Shown here: positions 1 through 13,051 of the stretch, one piece after another | Numbering within the stretch: position 1 is the first letter of the stretch | How the letters are laid out: each line of letters starts with the position of its first letter | From: Eledone cirrhosa | Taxonomy: Eukaryota | Length of the DNA: 64,000 nucleotides | Direction: 5' to 3' | Assembly: GCA_964016885.1 (NCBI GenBank) | Contig: OZ024754.1 | Span: 44,392,001-44,456,000, forward strand | Notes under the pieces: generated by a model | The model's input: only the letters and a program-made list of their open reading frames with translations | Database searches by the model: none | What the model was told of the DNA's origin: nothing | Program-made: the position numbers and the translations under genes

Positions 1-107
1 CGTGGTTAACTACTGACGATGGGACACTGTCAACCTCTTGTTTGTGTCTCCTTACCTTCTAACACCCGTTATAAGTAAGCACACAGCCCCTCCTCTCATC
101 CATATTT

Positions 108-160
<53 letters not shown>

Positions 161-626
161 TAATTCAAGCATATATTAACTAAACAGCATCAGGTATAGC
201 TTTTTATTTAAAACAATATTCTAAATATTATTTTAGATGGTAATCTTTCGTTAGACATACAATATGCTCAGGTAGACTTTATTAGTAACGTCGTTGATAA
301 TATAGAGTAATATGTTTGTAATATAAATACTTTGTATATTTTCATAAATAAACTAATCCAACCTAACTTAACCTATTATTATGGTCGGTTAGATTAGGTT
401 AAGTTATGTTAAGTAAGTTTAAAATATTAGATTTATTAAAATATACAAAAAACTCGTTGTCTGTCGTTTTTGTAGGCTTTTTTGATAGGCCCCCCTCCCA
501 CAACATTATTAGTGTTTACTATTAATATAGGTAGTAGATAGCTGGTTCTACTTACAACAATAGGTTCACTGCACGCAAATATGAAGATTTCTTTCTCAAT
601 GGAATTGATGCTATTATCTTTAAATT

Positions 627-813
627 ACGGTGGATTGGCAGTATCAGTAGAGTGTCAGACGCCATGCTTTGCAGCATAGAGTTATGGCCCTTTACGTTCT
701 GAGTTAAAATCCCATTGAGGTTAACTTTGCCTTTATATCCTTACAGAGTCGATAAAATAAAGTACCAGTAATTCACTGGCGTAATTGCTGGCTTTGTGCC
801 AATAGTAGAAACA
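627..813 (+). mobile_element. tRNA-SINE copy
   Basis: Same head and core; flanked by a direct repeat attatctttaaatta. Confidence 0.8.
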
Positions 814-2685
814 ATTATCTTTAAATTACGGTGGATTGGCAGCATCACAACAGCAGCATCACAACAGCACCGCCACAACAGCACCGCCACAACAGCAGCA
901 TCACAACAGCAGCATCACAACAGCAGCATCACAACAGCACCGCTACAAGTCGCCATTTCCTTCTATATTTTCTATTTAGCATTTTTTGCATTTCTTGACT
1001 GTTTTTTGTAAAGGTGAAAAGGTGACCTTTTATATTTTTGAATAATTTGGACTCTAGCCACAAAGTTCGGACGTTGTGTACTGGAAAACAGACCATTGCT
1101 GCTGCTGCTGCTGCTGCGTCGTCGTCGTTGTTGTTGTTGTTGTTGTTGGTTGTTCTTCTTCTTCTTCTTCTTCTTCTTCTTCTTCCTCGCCCGCTTATGC
1201 CCAATTGGGTCGTTGTGGGAGCAGAGGCCTCATCAACACACCCAGGCCACCACCATCACCACCACAAAAACCACCACCAACACCACCACCATCAGCATCA
1301 CCATCGCCAACCCCCCACCCCCACCCACACACACCAGCAGCACCACCACAAACATCTTCCCCAACACCACCACCACTACCACCACCACCACCACCACCAC
1401 TTTCACCATTACGCTATCTTCTAAGATGGCCACTATTACATCTTTTATCTCCCAGTTGCCAAAAAGCCAGATAAATGTCTGCCAGACTCCACGATAACAA
1501 ACGTAAAAACACCCTGGCATGTAAATACACTGTAGCTGCCATCTTGGGTTGTTTGAAACTTTTCTGTCACTAGCATTGTTGTCTAGTGTCGCCAAAACCT
1601 TCACTAAGAGGCTCTCAAACTTTTCAGGCCACCACCCCTCCCGGCCTCACAGTCACGTAACACCCTCAGACCCCCCCCCAGACCCCACCCCCACGACCCT
1701 ATTTATAGCGAGGCCTGTCTACACGTAAATTGTAAATAATTGTTTCTACTTTTGGCACAAGGCCAGCAATTACCCCAGTACATTACTGGTACTTTATTTT
1801 ATAGAACCCCTTTGGGATGAAAGGCAAAGTTAACCTCGGCGGGATTTGAACTCAAAACATAAAGGGCCATAACAGGGGGTCGGGATGTGCTCCAGGATCC
1901 TAGAGCACCAGACGTCTCCACTACTATACGTTCAACAAGAAGCTAGTCCACTACATGGGGCTCACTTCTGGAGGTCGTCAACTCCCCCTCGAGGTAGCAG
2001 GGGGCCAGGATGTGCTCCAGGATCCTAGAGCACCAGACGTCTCCACTGTTCTATTTTTAACAAGAGCCAGTCTACTTCATGGGTCTCACTCCTACGATTA
2101 GCCAACTCCTTCTCTGCCCAGATAGCAGCGAGTAGGGATGGGGTCGATTTTCGTAACATTCATAAAGAAATCAAGAAAGCAACAATAAATAAAAGTGAAT
2201 GAGATGATATAAGGGCTGGAAGACAAGAGGGGGAACCTAAAACGAGGAGATTATAAAACAGCCTCCTTAGCCACGCAGCCACGCCTGCACCTATCTTAAA
2301 CAGTGTTTCATACAGTGTTGCCGTAATATATATTCTGTTTGGGTGTTAGTCACCACCAATTCCACGGTGGGGTGTAGAGATACGGGGTAAGGTGTAAGGT
2401 TTATGTATGGGAGTTTGCAGTTAGGTTTAAGATTAGGGTTAAACTGAGAAGAGAGGTGGTGGTGGGGGGGGGGGGGGGTGCATTGAAAATGTTATTTTTA
2501 TTTTGGGTAACACAGGGTGACCATCAAACACACACACGTACATATATATATATATATATATATACATACATATGTATACATACATGCACACACATACACA
2601 CACTCACATACATACATATATATATTTATACATATGTATATATATACATATATATATATATACATATATATTTACATATATATAC

Positions 2686-2722
<37 letters not shown>

Positions 2723-3049
2723 TACACACACACACATATATATATATCGTGTATGTATGTTTACAAATATTATTTAACAAGTAGGTTTGATAGAGACAAT
2801 AAGATTTAATTAAACTGAATTGGAGAAGGTTAAACAGTCACAAAATAACATTTTAGACAACTTGAACCCGTGAAATACATTTAGGCACCATCACCACCAC
2901 TACCATCATCGCTAACACCAACACCAACACCATCACCACCACCACCACCACCATCACCACCATCACCACCACCACCACCATCATCACCACCACCACCACC
3001 ATCACCACCATTTTGTTTTGATGTTGCTGTTGTTATCTCCCAGATAGGA

Positions 3050-3290
3050 GGTCGTTTACGTGGTTGGTGTATAGTAAATATACGGACAGATAAGACGCAA
3101 CTCTTCTCATTGTTACGTGGTTGGTGTATAGTAAATATATGGACAGATAAGACGCAACTCTTATCATTGTTGCGTGGTTGGTATATAGTAAATATATGGA
3201 CAGATAAGACGCCTACTCTTATCGTTATTATGTGGTTGATATATAGTAAATATACGGACAGATAAGACGCCTACTCCTATCATTGTTACT
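3050..3290. repeat. 57/58-bp tandem repeat, 4 copies
   Basis: Unit gtggttggtgtatagtaaatatacggacagataagacgcaactcttatcattgttac. Confidence 0.9.
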
Positions 3291-3830
3291 AAACTTCTGT
3301 TTAGAGTATCCATAATATAAAATAATTTTCAACGATATTTAGAAATATACCAATTAAGAAACCTACCAGGTTTGGGGGACCAGCCAGTACTTTGTTCCGG
3401 GGCCCAAGAGCTAAGAAGGCCCCACAACAACCATTTTGAGAAAATGTTTGCCTGCTTCTGGCCCCAAGGGGTCTTGTACCGCCTTGCAAGATTTCTCTTG
3501 GAGGCCTGCACGTACGTACATATTCGCACACACACACAAATATACAGGCATAAACTGTGTGCGCGTGCTGGGACTCATAATTAGTAATTAGTGGTGTAAG
3601 GAGGGCGAAATAAAGGGTTTTTTTTCTCTAAACATAACTAATTAAAGGATAATATCCCCTTAAATACTGATGTAATGATATGGTTCAGCAGTTATACACC
3701 TAATTCTACACACGGGTTTCAATATCTCAAACATGAGAGTACACACACACACGCATACATACATACACACGCACATACACAGAGAAACATATGCAGCTGC
3801 ATACACATTCATAGTCGCTCATATATATAT

Positions 3831-4013
3831 AGGAAGAGAGTCAAGACCCCGACGGCAGAGCTCCGGCCGTTTCGACAGCTAGATCCAGCTGTCGAAACGC
3901 CTGGAGCTCTGCCGTCGGGGTCTTGAACATTTTCCTATTACCCACTCTACTACCCTAAGTATCGAGTACTCTGGTGCGTTATGGTCCACCTGGATCCTTA
4001 CCACACTTCCTTC

Positions 4014-4016
<3 letters not shown>
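3831..4016. mobile_element. Fold-back short element in (TA)n; other copies at 19061-19210, 48830-49030, 63335-63510
   Basis: ~86-bp palindrome tcaagaccccgacggcagagctc...gagctctgccgtcggggtcttga plus a shared ~90-bp tail abutting (TA)n. Confidence 0.75.
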
Positions 4017-4050
<34 letters not shown>

Positions 4051-5654
4051 ATCCACTAGGGGTGGGTGGGAGATGTCTTCTCTTGTGAAAATTGGTAAAA
4101 CTTTCCTTATGTAAAATCTCGCCATTTTGCCTCATTTCTCCCCGTTTGGACCACTTTTTTTCACAGTACTCCCTGTTTGGGTTTTTAGAGGTTGGCAGAT
4201 CTGATATATGGACACATCTTGATAAATAATACACACACACACACATACACATATACACACACACACACAATGATTCTCACAAACACAAACATATATATAT
4301 GTATATATATATATTTACATATATACACACAGACTCAATAACATATAAACAGATTAACCTTAATTTGCATTCACACAAATTCAGGCACATGCAGACACAC
4401 ACATACACACACACATCATCATCCACACATACAGAGGGGGAAGGGGAGGGCGTGGAGGAGACACAGAGAGGAAAGGAGAGGGAGGGGTAGGGTAGAAACA
4501 AACCAAACCAAACAAAGAGAAGGAAGAAAAGGAACAAATTTGAAGGCTCAAATGGAACAACGCCCTTGATTAGTCATTTGAAGGCAATTGTGCAGACAGA
4601 CAGACAGACAGAGAGAGACAGGCAGGCAGGCAGAGAGACAGACAGACAGATAGATGGATAGACAGAGAGAGACAGGCAGGCAGGCAGAGAGACAGACAGA
4701 CAGATAGATGGATAGACAGACAGATAGATAGGTGGATAGAGATGTGGGATAGATGAACGGTGGTGGTGGTGTAGTGGTGTTAGTGGTGGTGGTGTAGTGG
4801 TGGTGATGGTGGTGTTAGTGGTGGTGGTGGTGTGGTGGTGGTGGTGTTAGTGGTGGTGGTGGCAGTAGTAATAGTGGTAACAATGAAGTGTGAGAACAAA
4901 GATGCAATCAGTATCCCTCATATACCCCCCCCCCCCAGCTTCTCCACCCACTCCATCTCATCATTCTGCAATAGTGCAGTGCCAGACACCATGCTTCGTA
5001 GCATAGAGTTATGGCCCTTTATGTTCTGAGTTCAAATCCTGCTATGGTCAGCTTTGCCTTTCATCATTTCGAAGTTCATAAATAAAGTACCAGTCAAATA
5101 TTGGGGTCGATTCTTCCTCTCTTTCACTCCCTATCCTTCTCTGGAAGACATCTGTGTTCAGATCTGGAGAAGAATGGGCTCTGCCAAGCTTAAACATTCC
5201 CCACCAAACTGCTGGATGCTATTGCAGTGCCCCTATGACTCCACCAGGAGTTATCTCCCCATACGTAATCCTAGCTATAGAAAAAAAAAATATGGAATGA
5301 TCATTTCAAGAAAGTTTAGGCCCAAATTCTCCTAACTTGGATTGACTCGGGGCTAAACAAAAACATCAACAAAAACATCAACAAAAACATCAATAAGCAA
5401 TGCCATAGCAAAAGGCTGGAAGATCAAACAATTATTGTATGATCTTCCAGTATGGTCCTGTAATTATTTTATTGGTTGAAGAATTAATGTAGAACATTTT
5501 GCAAAGTAAAAAAATATTTATTTAATTTTCTTTTAATCAAAAATAATTTGTAATTATAAAAAAATTATTATTTACACATTTGAAAAAAAAAAAAAGAAAA
5601 TTAAACTCCATATTAAAGCACATTTATATTGTTACCTCAGATGATTATTATTAT

Positions 5655-5870
5655 GGCAGTGGATTGGCAGAATTGGTAGAGCGTTGGACACCATGCTGGC
5701 ATAGAATTATGTCCTCTTATGATCCGAGTTCAAATCCCACTGAAGTTAGCTTTGTCTTTCATCATTACAGGGTCGATAAAATAAAGTACCAGTAATGCAC
5801 TGGTGTTAATTTAATCGACTCCCCCCCCCCTCAATCTCAAAATTGCTGGCCTTGTGCCTAAATCAGAAAT
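5655..5870 (+). mobile_element. tRNA-SINE copy
   Basis: Head, B-box, core and tail match 52344-52560. Confidence 0.8.
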
Positions 5871-6196
5871 CATTATTGTTATTGCCCTATTATCATTACC
5901 ATCAACATCCAGAATTCTCTCATCTCTTGCCATGGTGACAATGGTGGTGATGGTAGTTCTAATGATGATATACGCGAAATACACCAAAACTACACCTGAT
6001 GTACACATGTACACTTGTGTATCATGACTCATGCACTGTTCATTTTCCTGATGTTTGTACATTACCCTATGTACTATACATACACTTTTTGATGAGTTGT
6101 AGTGCACCTGAGCACTGTACACAATATTTCATTATTATTATTTTTATAGTGTTTTTGAATAAGAGATGTTGATAACGAGACTGATGAATATATATG

Positions 6197-6291
<95 letters not shown>

Positions 6292-6374
6292 TGGCTGGTC
6301 GCATCCATCCAATCAGTTTAGACATGACAGAACCCTGAGTAAAAAACAAAACAAAAACGGTAGGGAGCCTCTAA

Positions 6375-6536
6375 CTAAAGTGAATCACTCTGTAAATTAT
6401 CTACAATGGCCCTTAACCAAAGTGCGACACCAACAGCTCCAGGATCTGGTCGACTGAGCAAGTCAGAACTCACATAACTGGCACGCCCTGCCTGGGCAGT
6501 CATTAACTTGGTAGCTTCAGCTTCTTCTTCAGCTGC
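6375..6536 (-). CDS. TKFC: TKFC exon 16 ([21 protein letters not shown]...PDPGA...SDSL*)
   Basis: AGRASY and PDPGA motifs; TAG stop at 6377-6375. Confidence 0.93.
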   Translation of the reverse strand, partial: AAEEEAEATKLMTAQAGRASYVSSDLLSRPDPGAVGVALWLRAIVDNLQSDSL

Positions 6537-6602
6537 CTGTTGTCCATGGTGGTGGCCATGGAAGTAATGGATGAAAGAAAGAAAAAGAAAATGAGTATAG
6601 TT

Positions 6603-6649
<47 letters not shown>

Positions 6650-6711
6650 ATAATAATAAATTTGAAAACTAAAATCCAAAGAGGGCTCCATAAGGATAAA
6701 TATAGAGCAAA

Positions 6712-6778
<67 letters not shown>

Positions 6779-7119
6779 CTTTTATTTATATATATATATA
6801 TAAATAAAGCTCTTATTTTTCTCATGACAGGCTGAATGAGTTGGGGCCCAGAACCCAACGAAACCTGTTTATGTCACTGTTGTAATTATTTATACTAAAC
6901 TCGTCATTTGGACTGAGTGCTCTTACTCTTGGATATTTCCACTTAACTTTTACTTCAGTATATATATATATATATATATATCATCATCATCATTTTACGT
7001 CCGCTTTTCCCTGCTTGCAAGGGTGGGACGGGTCTTATTCAGCACAGCATCTCTCCACTCGTCACGGTCCTTCGTCATCTCCACCGTGAGCTTCAATGAT
7101 CTGAGGTCTGTTCTCACCA

Positions 7120-7168
<49 letters not shown>

Positions 7169-10100
7169 GTAGGTTGCAAGATAAATGTGTCTGTAGGCGG
7201 TAAGCCGGTTGAGCACTCAAAGCTCGCGCAGAGCAGAGTATAATATTATAATGATAAGGAACAAGGATTTGGGTTCGATCTATAATAGATCTTGCCTCGA
7301 GCTGATCGATAGAGAAACATATGTAATGTGTTATTAAATATGTTATGATGCAACACTGAATCCTTGTTCCTTATTATAATATATATAAATCCCGCTGAGG
7401 TTAACTTTGCCATTCATCCTTAGGGGGTCGATAAAATAAAGTACCAGTAATGTACTGGGTAATTGCTGGCCTTGTGCCTAAAGTAGAAACAATTATAATA
7501 TATATATTATGTATTTTTTTTACTTCTCTCACTCTTAAGGGAATCATAGGAGCACATATTGACATAAAGCATAGGGCATTTTTTAAACTTGGCGGAGCCC
7601 AACCCTTTCCAGGTCTGGATACATCAGATTTCTTCCAGAGAAGGATAGAGGGTGAGAGGAAGAGAGAAAGAGATATAGAGGAAGAATCTACCAATCATTA
7701 TAGATAGATAGAGAGATAGCGAGATAGATAGAGAGATTGAGTGATAGATAGATAGATAGAGAGATAGATAGATAGATAGATAGATAGAGAGAGAGATAAG
7801 TGTATCTATATTTACAAAGGCTAAACATAAAGGGCCACATACCTCTACAGCCAGCTGGAAGGAACTGACCAAATCCTTTTCTTTCAAGGTTTTTTCAAAC
7901 ATTTGATGAGTGGAATGTAATGGATCAATCTAGATTACAGATAAGAAACAGGTTATTTCTAGCAAGTCAAGAAACCACACAAAGGCTCCCTCATGTTGTT
8001 GTTGCTGTTGTTGTTTTGCCAGATAAGTTGTACGTATTCTTTGATCCAAATACCTGCATACCATTGGTCAGCTGATGTTAATGGGTTAAAGAAACCTTGT
8101 TTGGGGCTAAACAACAACAGCAACAACAACAACAGCAACAACAACATGCCCAATCACAGAGATATTGACCTCCATGTCTTCTAAAATAATTAACACACAT
8201 CGTTCTAGTTTGTTGTATTAATAAAAACAAACAGCAACAAAATACTCACCATGGTTCTATCTCCAGGATTGGCACCACCATACCTGTAACAAACCAACAA
8301 AAATTAATTAACATATGATCCATAATTATTATCCTATTAGGGGATCTTTCATCATTGTTTTAAGGGGTTCTTACACACCCAACATTATTTTAATCCTTTC
8401 TCTCGTTATGACAAAGATCTTCAGTTCTTCTATTGCAAGGCCACTTGGTAGTAAAACAACAGGTGTTTATATCCAAAGTTGGTAGAGCACTCAGTCCAAA
8501 AGACGAGTTCGGTACGGAGTTAGTTCCACAACAAATTAGCAAACCATACTCGAGGACACATGTTTCACCAGAAGGATTTTCAACCCGTGCATGGCTACAC
8601 AATATTAAATATTGCTTTAAGATCAGGATTTCTGTGAAACACACTTACCTCTGAATGGTCTCAAGTCCAGCTCCAAGAGCTTTACACCAGCCTGTACCTG
8701 TCATATCATCAGGGTGTTGCTCCAGATCTCGGGCAGCGGCAGTGAAAAATAAGCAGTAGAGCTGAAATAGGGGTGTAATGTTAAGATACCTGGGTAGATG
8801 GCAACAGCTGTGGATGCTCAAACAAAAGAGTGTGGGATGAAATGTTGAAATACCCAGGTAGATGGCAACAGAGATGTAACTAGGGAATATAGTACATATG
8901 GCAAGCAGTGAAATTGTACCCCTACCCAAACCTCTGATAACCATAATATTTTAAAGGGAGCGATCTGTGTAATACTGATCTTTGACAAATATTAGACCCT
9001 ATTAACATATTTGACAAGTCATACTATGGTCTTGTAGTTACTAGCCCAGTATTTTTTCCTATGGAAGCCTCTTTCATCATCATCACCATTTTACATCCGC
9101 TTTTCCTTGCTTGCAAGGGTGGGATGGGTCCTTTTCAGCACAGCATCTCTCCATTTGTCACGGTCCTTCGTCACCTCCTCTGTGAGCTTCAGTGATCTGA
9201 GGTCAGCTCTCACCACCTCCACCCATGTTTTTCGTGGTCTTCATCTACTGCATCTTCCTTATAAATGGTTTAATGATCCAGCCACCATAGTGTTTCTCAG
9301 CCATGATAATCAAAGACAGATCATACATCTGAAGAAGTTTCTTTATTCACCCTCCAATGATAGCTTGTCTGACTTTAATAGAAAGTGTTCCTAGTCCAAG
9401 TGCCAGACCATCAACCCACCCACATCAAGTGGCACCCGTGGGATGTGCCATACTCTAGTTACACCCCTGGATGGCAATAAAACAACAGATTATACTCACA
9501 GCTCCTGATGTTCCTCCCATACAGTTCTTGGCCACCTCTGCCAGGTCCTCAGCTAATTTGGCCCAGTTGTCCACTGCTAACCTACACTGCTGGACACTGC
9601 CCAGTCTTTTGATGATTTCTGATGAGACAGGTAAACATATAAACTGATGATGATGATGAGGAGGTATGTACCAGGTAAGGTGGTCGTGTATTGTTTATAT
9701 ATATATATATATATATATATGCAGATTATATTTAATTTGTTGGGATTCAACAAGCTTAAAAATGTTTATAACTGATATAAAGCACTCAACAGTTTAGTGG
9801 AGTAAATATACAATATATTAATAAATGGAAACTATATTTATAAAACCATATTTATTTTATTATACATATTTCAAGGGCAACCAAGGCAAATTATGGTGTG
9901 CTTTCATCAGATAAAATACAGATTTGTTATATAAATAAATATTGACATACTCAGAAAAAAGACTATCCCGGAAGCTTTAAGGTTGTCTTTTTTCCGGGTA
10001 TGTCAATATTTATTTATAAAACAAATGTGTATTTTATCTGATGAAAGTGCACCATAATTTGCCTTGGTTGCCCTTGAAATATATATAATAAAATAAATAT

Positions 10101-10295
10101 GGTTTTATAAATATAGTTTCCATTTATTAATATATTGTATATATATATAGTTATACTTTGGGAGGGTCATATTGCCAGAATTAATAACAGAACACACTCA
10201 CTGTTTGGTTGGTTTTCGCTTCTGCATCTTTTATATCAGTTAATTTAATTTATTCGGTCCTCAATATTTCTCTCTCTCTATCTATATATATATAT

Positions 10296-10332
<37 letters not shown>

Positions 10333-12717
10333 AATGGATGGGTAGAAGAGGGAAAGAGAGAGAGAATGAGAACAGATGAAATTACCTTGAGCTCCACGGG
10401 CCAGAGTACTACCACAATCACCATCACCACTAACAGTGTCCAGTTGGTTTAAATATTCTTCTTTGGTCAACAGTGACTCACAAACTTGTTTCAGTAGTTT
10501 ATGTCGTGTGATATGTTTAACTGTAACGGAACATTTTATATTTAAGGGTTGTTATTGTTATTAACCCTTTACCATTTACATTACTCTATATATACTATTG
10601 TATTTTCACAGTAAAGGCTTTACCTCACATAATATCTCACATAACATCTACATTACTCTATATATACTATTGTATTTTCATGGTAAAGGCTTTACCTCAC
10701 ATAATATTGAATCTATGAAATTTGATATTTTTTATGGCCATGGATTGGCACTATCAGTAGAGATGCGAACACCATGCTTTGAAGCATAGAGTAATGGCTC
10801 TTTGCCTTCTGGGTTCAGTAAAATGACTATTTTGATTGAGAAATGTCACATCAATAAACTAGTAACTCCATCTAGCTTTGAAGTTATGAACTGTTGGAAG
10901 CGGGTTCATAACTCTGAAGTTATGAACTGTTGGAAACGATTTCAAACATGCTAGGATGAGTTATCTCATCTACAGGACTGAAGAGGTTAAAGTACTGATA
11001 ATAAATTGTAGTCTATACTCACCAACAAAAGTATTTGTCATCCTTGGACTCTCAGTAGATGTACTACCACCTTGGACTGTTGAAGAAGTATGTCGGTCAA
11101 TGGTATTCTCAGGTAGGTAAGGATGAAGCCAGCTGGGAGCTGAGGTTGGCGCATCTGGGATAGATATTACAGAGGTTAGGCAATGATATGTAATCAACGA
11201 GTCCATCGCAGGGTTAAACCCCCAGCTATTACTGGTACTCATTTTCAGCTGAGTATACTGGAGCAACGTGAAATGAAGTGTTTCGCTCAAGAACACAACA
11301 CACAACCCAGCCTAGGAATCAAACCCACCACATTACAATCGTAAGTCCAACACCCTTACCACTAGGCCACACACCTCCACATCCAACACCCTTACCACTA
11401 GGCCACGTACCTTCACATCCAACACCCTTACCACTAGGCCATGTACCTTCACATCCAACACCCTTACCACTAGGCCACATACCTTCACATCCAACACCCT
11501 TACCACTAAGCCACGTACCTTCACATCCAACACCCTTACCACTAGGCCATGTACCTTCACATCCAACACCCTTACCACTAGGCCACGTACCTTCACATCC
11601 AACACCCTTACCACTAGGCCACGTACCTTCACATCCAACACCCTTACCACTAGGCCACGTACCTTCACATCCAACACCCTTACCACTAGGCCACGTACCT
11701 TCACAATATAATAAGGTAGAAAAGAGAATTGAGGTGAAACTAAGACAAATGTTTCACTTACCAAGGTATTTCTTAAAGGATTCATTGAGGCGGAGAAGGG
11801 TTATAGAGACACCCCTCATGTTTAGAGAGGTTACAAAGGAACCAGAGTAGGCTCGGCTAACACGGAGGCACTTGGTATCTTCTGTAAACAGATAGAAGGA
11901 GAGATATACAGAGAGAAAGAAAGAGAGAAATACAGATAGAAAACAGTGAAAAGAAATGTTTTATATATATGTGAGAGTAGGTTGAAAAGTTCATAGGCTG
12001 ACCAAGATACTCTCATGGAATGACGAAAGGGGTTTATACTTCAACATACAGGCAAGCATGGAATAGCGAACATATGATGTTAATGATAATGGTAATACAT
12101 AAAATAAAAAGACATCCAGAAAATTGAAAATGTTTCTAAGTATTAACTTACCAAGATATGATATAGCTTCTTTAGCTATTACGTTCTGTTCTATAATGGT
12201 AAGGCCCCCTAGGTTATTGATAATGCAGGCAACTTCATCACCTAAAAGAGTTATGGTAATTAAATAAAGGGGGAAAATAAAATAGAAAACTGAACAATCA
12301 AGGATGAAAATGTAATATATAAAGTTCAAGAAGTCTTTGGACAAATTCCTTCATGAAATCCTGGATAAATCTCCTACACTTGGATATGTCTACATAAACA
12401 CTAGTTCTCTACTTGAGTGGGCCATGGTGTCTAAATTCTGATTTGAAACACTTCGCCAGGTGGTGCTATTAAGTCAGGCATAACCTAAGCCAATACTGGT
12501 CAAAACCTATCAAAGTTATATCAGTATGTACATATGTGTATGTGTTTGTAAATATATACATGTACATATGTGTATGTGTTTGTAAATATATACATGTACA
12601 TATGTGTATGTGTTTGTAAATATATACATGTACATATGTGTACATATTGGTAAATACATACATGTACATATGTGTATGTACACGGACTGACACAACACAT
12701 ACACACACAGGCAGTTG

Positions 12718-12757
<40 letters not shown>

Positions 12758-13003
12758 AATGATCTACTGATAGTTTCTGTTAAAGACATTTTCAATCCAA
12801 ATCAGAAATCAGGTTTTAATGACCAGAATCAAATACTTGAATCATTGGTCGGAATCAGAGATCTGGAATTCTTATTTCTGATATTGAGCCAAATATTAGG
12901 AATGGAAGACTTATTAACCAGACATCTTGTTAAGTTTTTACTTTAACAGATGTGAAAGAAATCTCACTGCCAAAAGATACACACACACAAACAGACTCAT
13001 GTA

Positions 13004-13051
<48 letters not shown>

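Larger units (their letters stand above)
9721..10142. mobile_element. Fold-back (inverted-repeat) Penelope-like terminal-repeat element in (TA)n, with a hammerhead motif in each arm
   Basis: Arms ~9806-9963 and ~9985-10142; unpaired extension to 9721; single-arm homologue at 49410-49646. Confidence 0.72.

Noticed and set aside
1038-1604. His/Pro/Thr-rich ORFs with an apparent signal peptide
   Set aside because: Built from (GCT)(GTT)(CTT)(CAC) trinucleotide runs; no independent coding evidence
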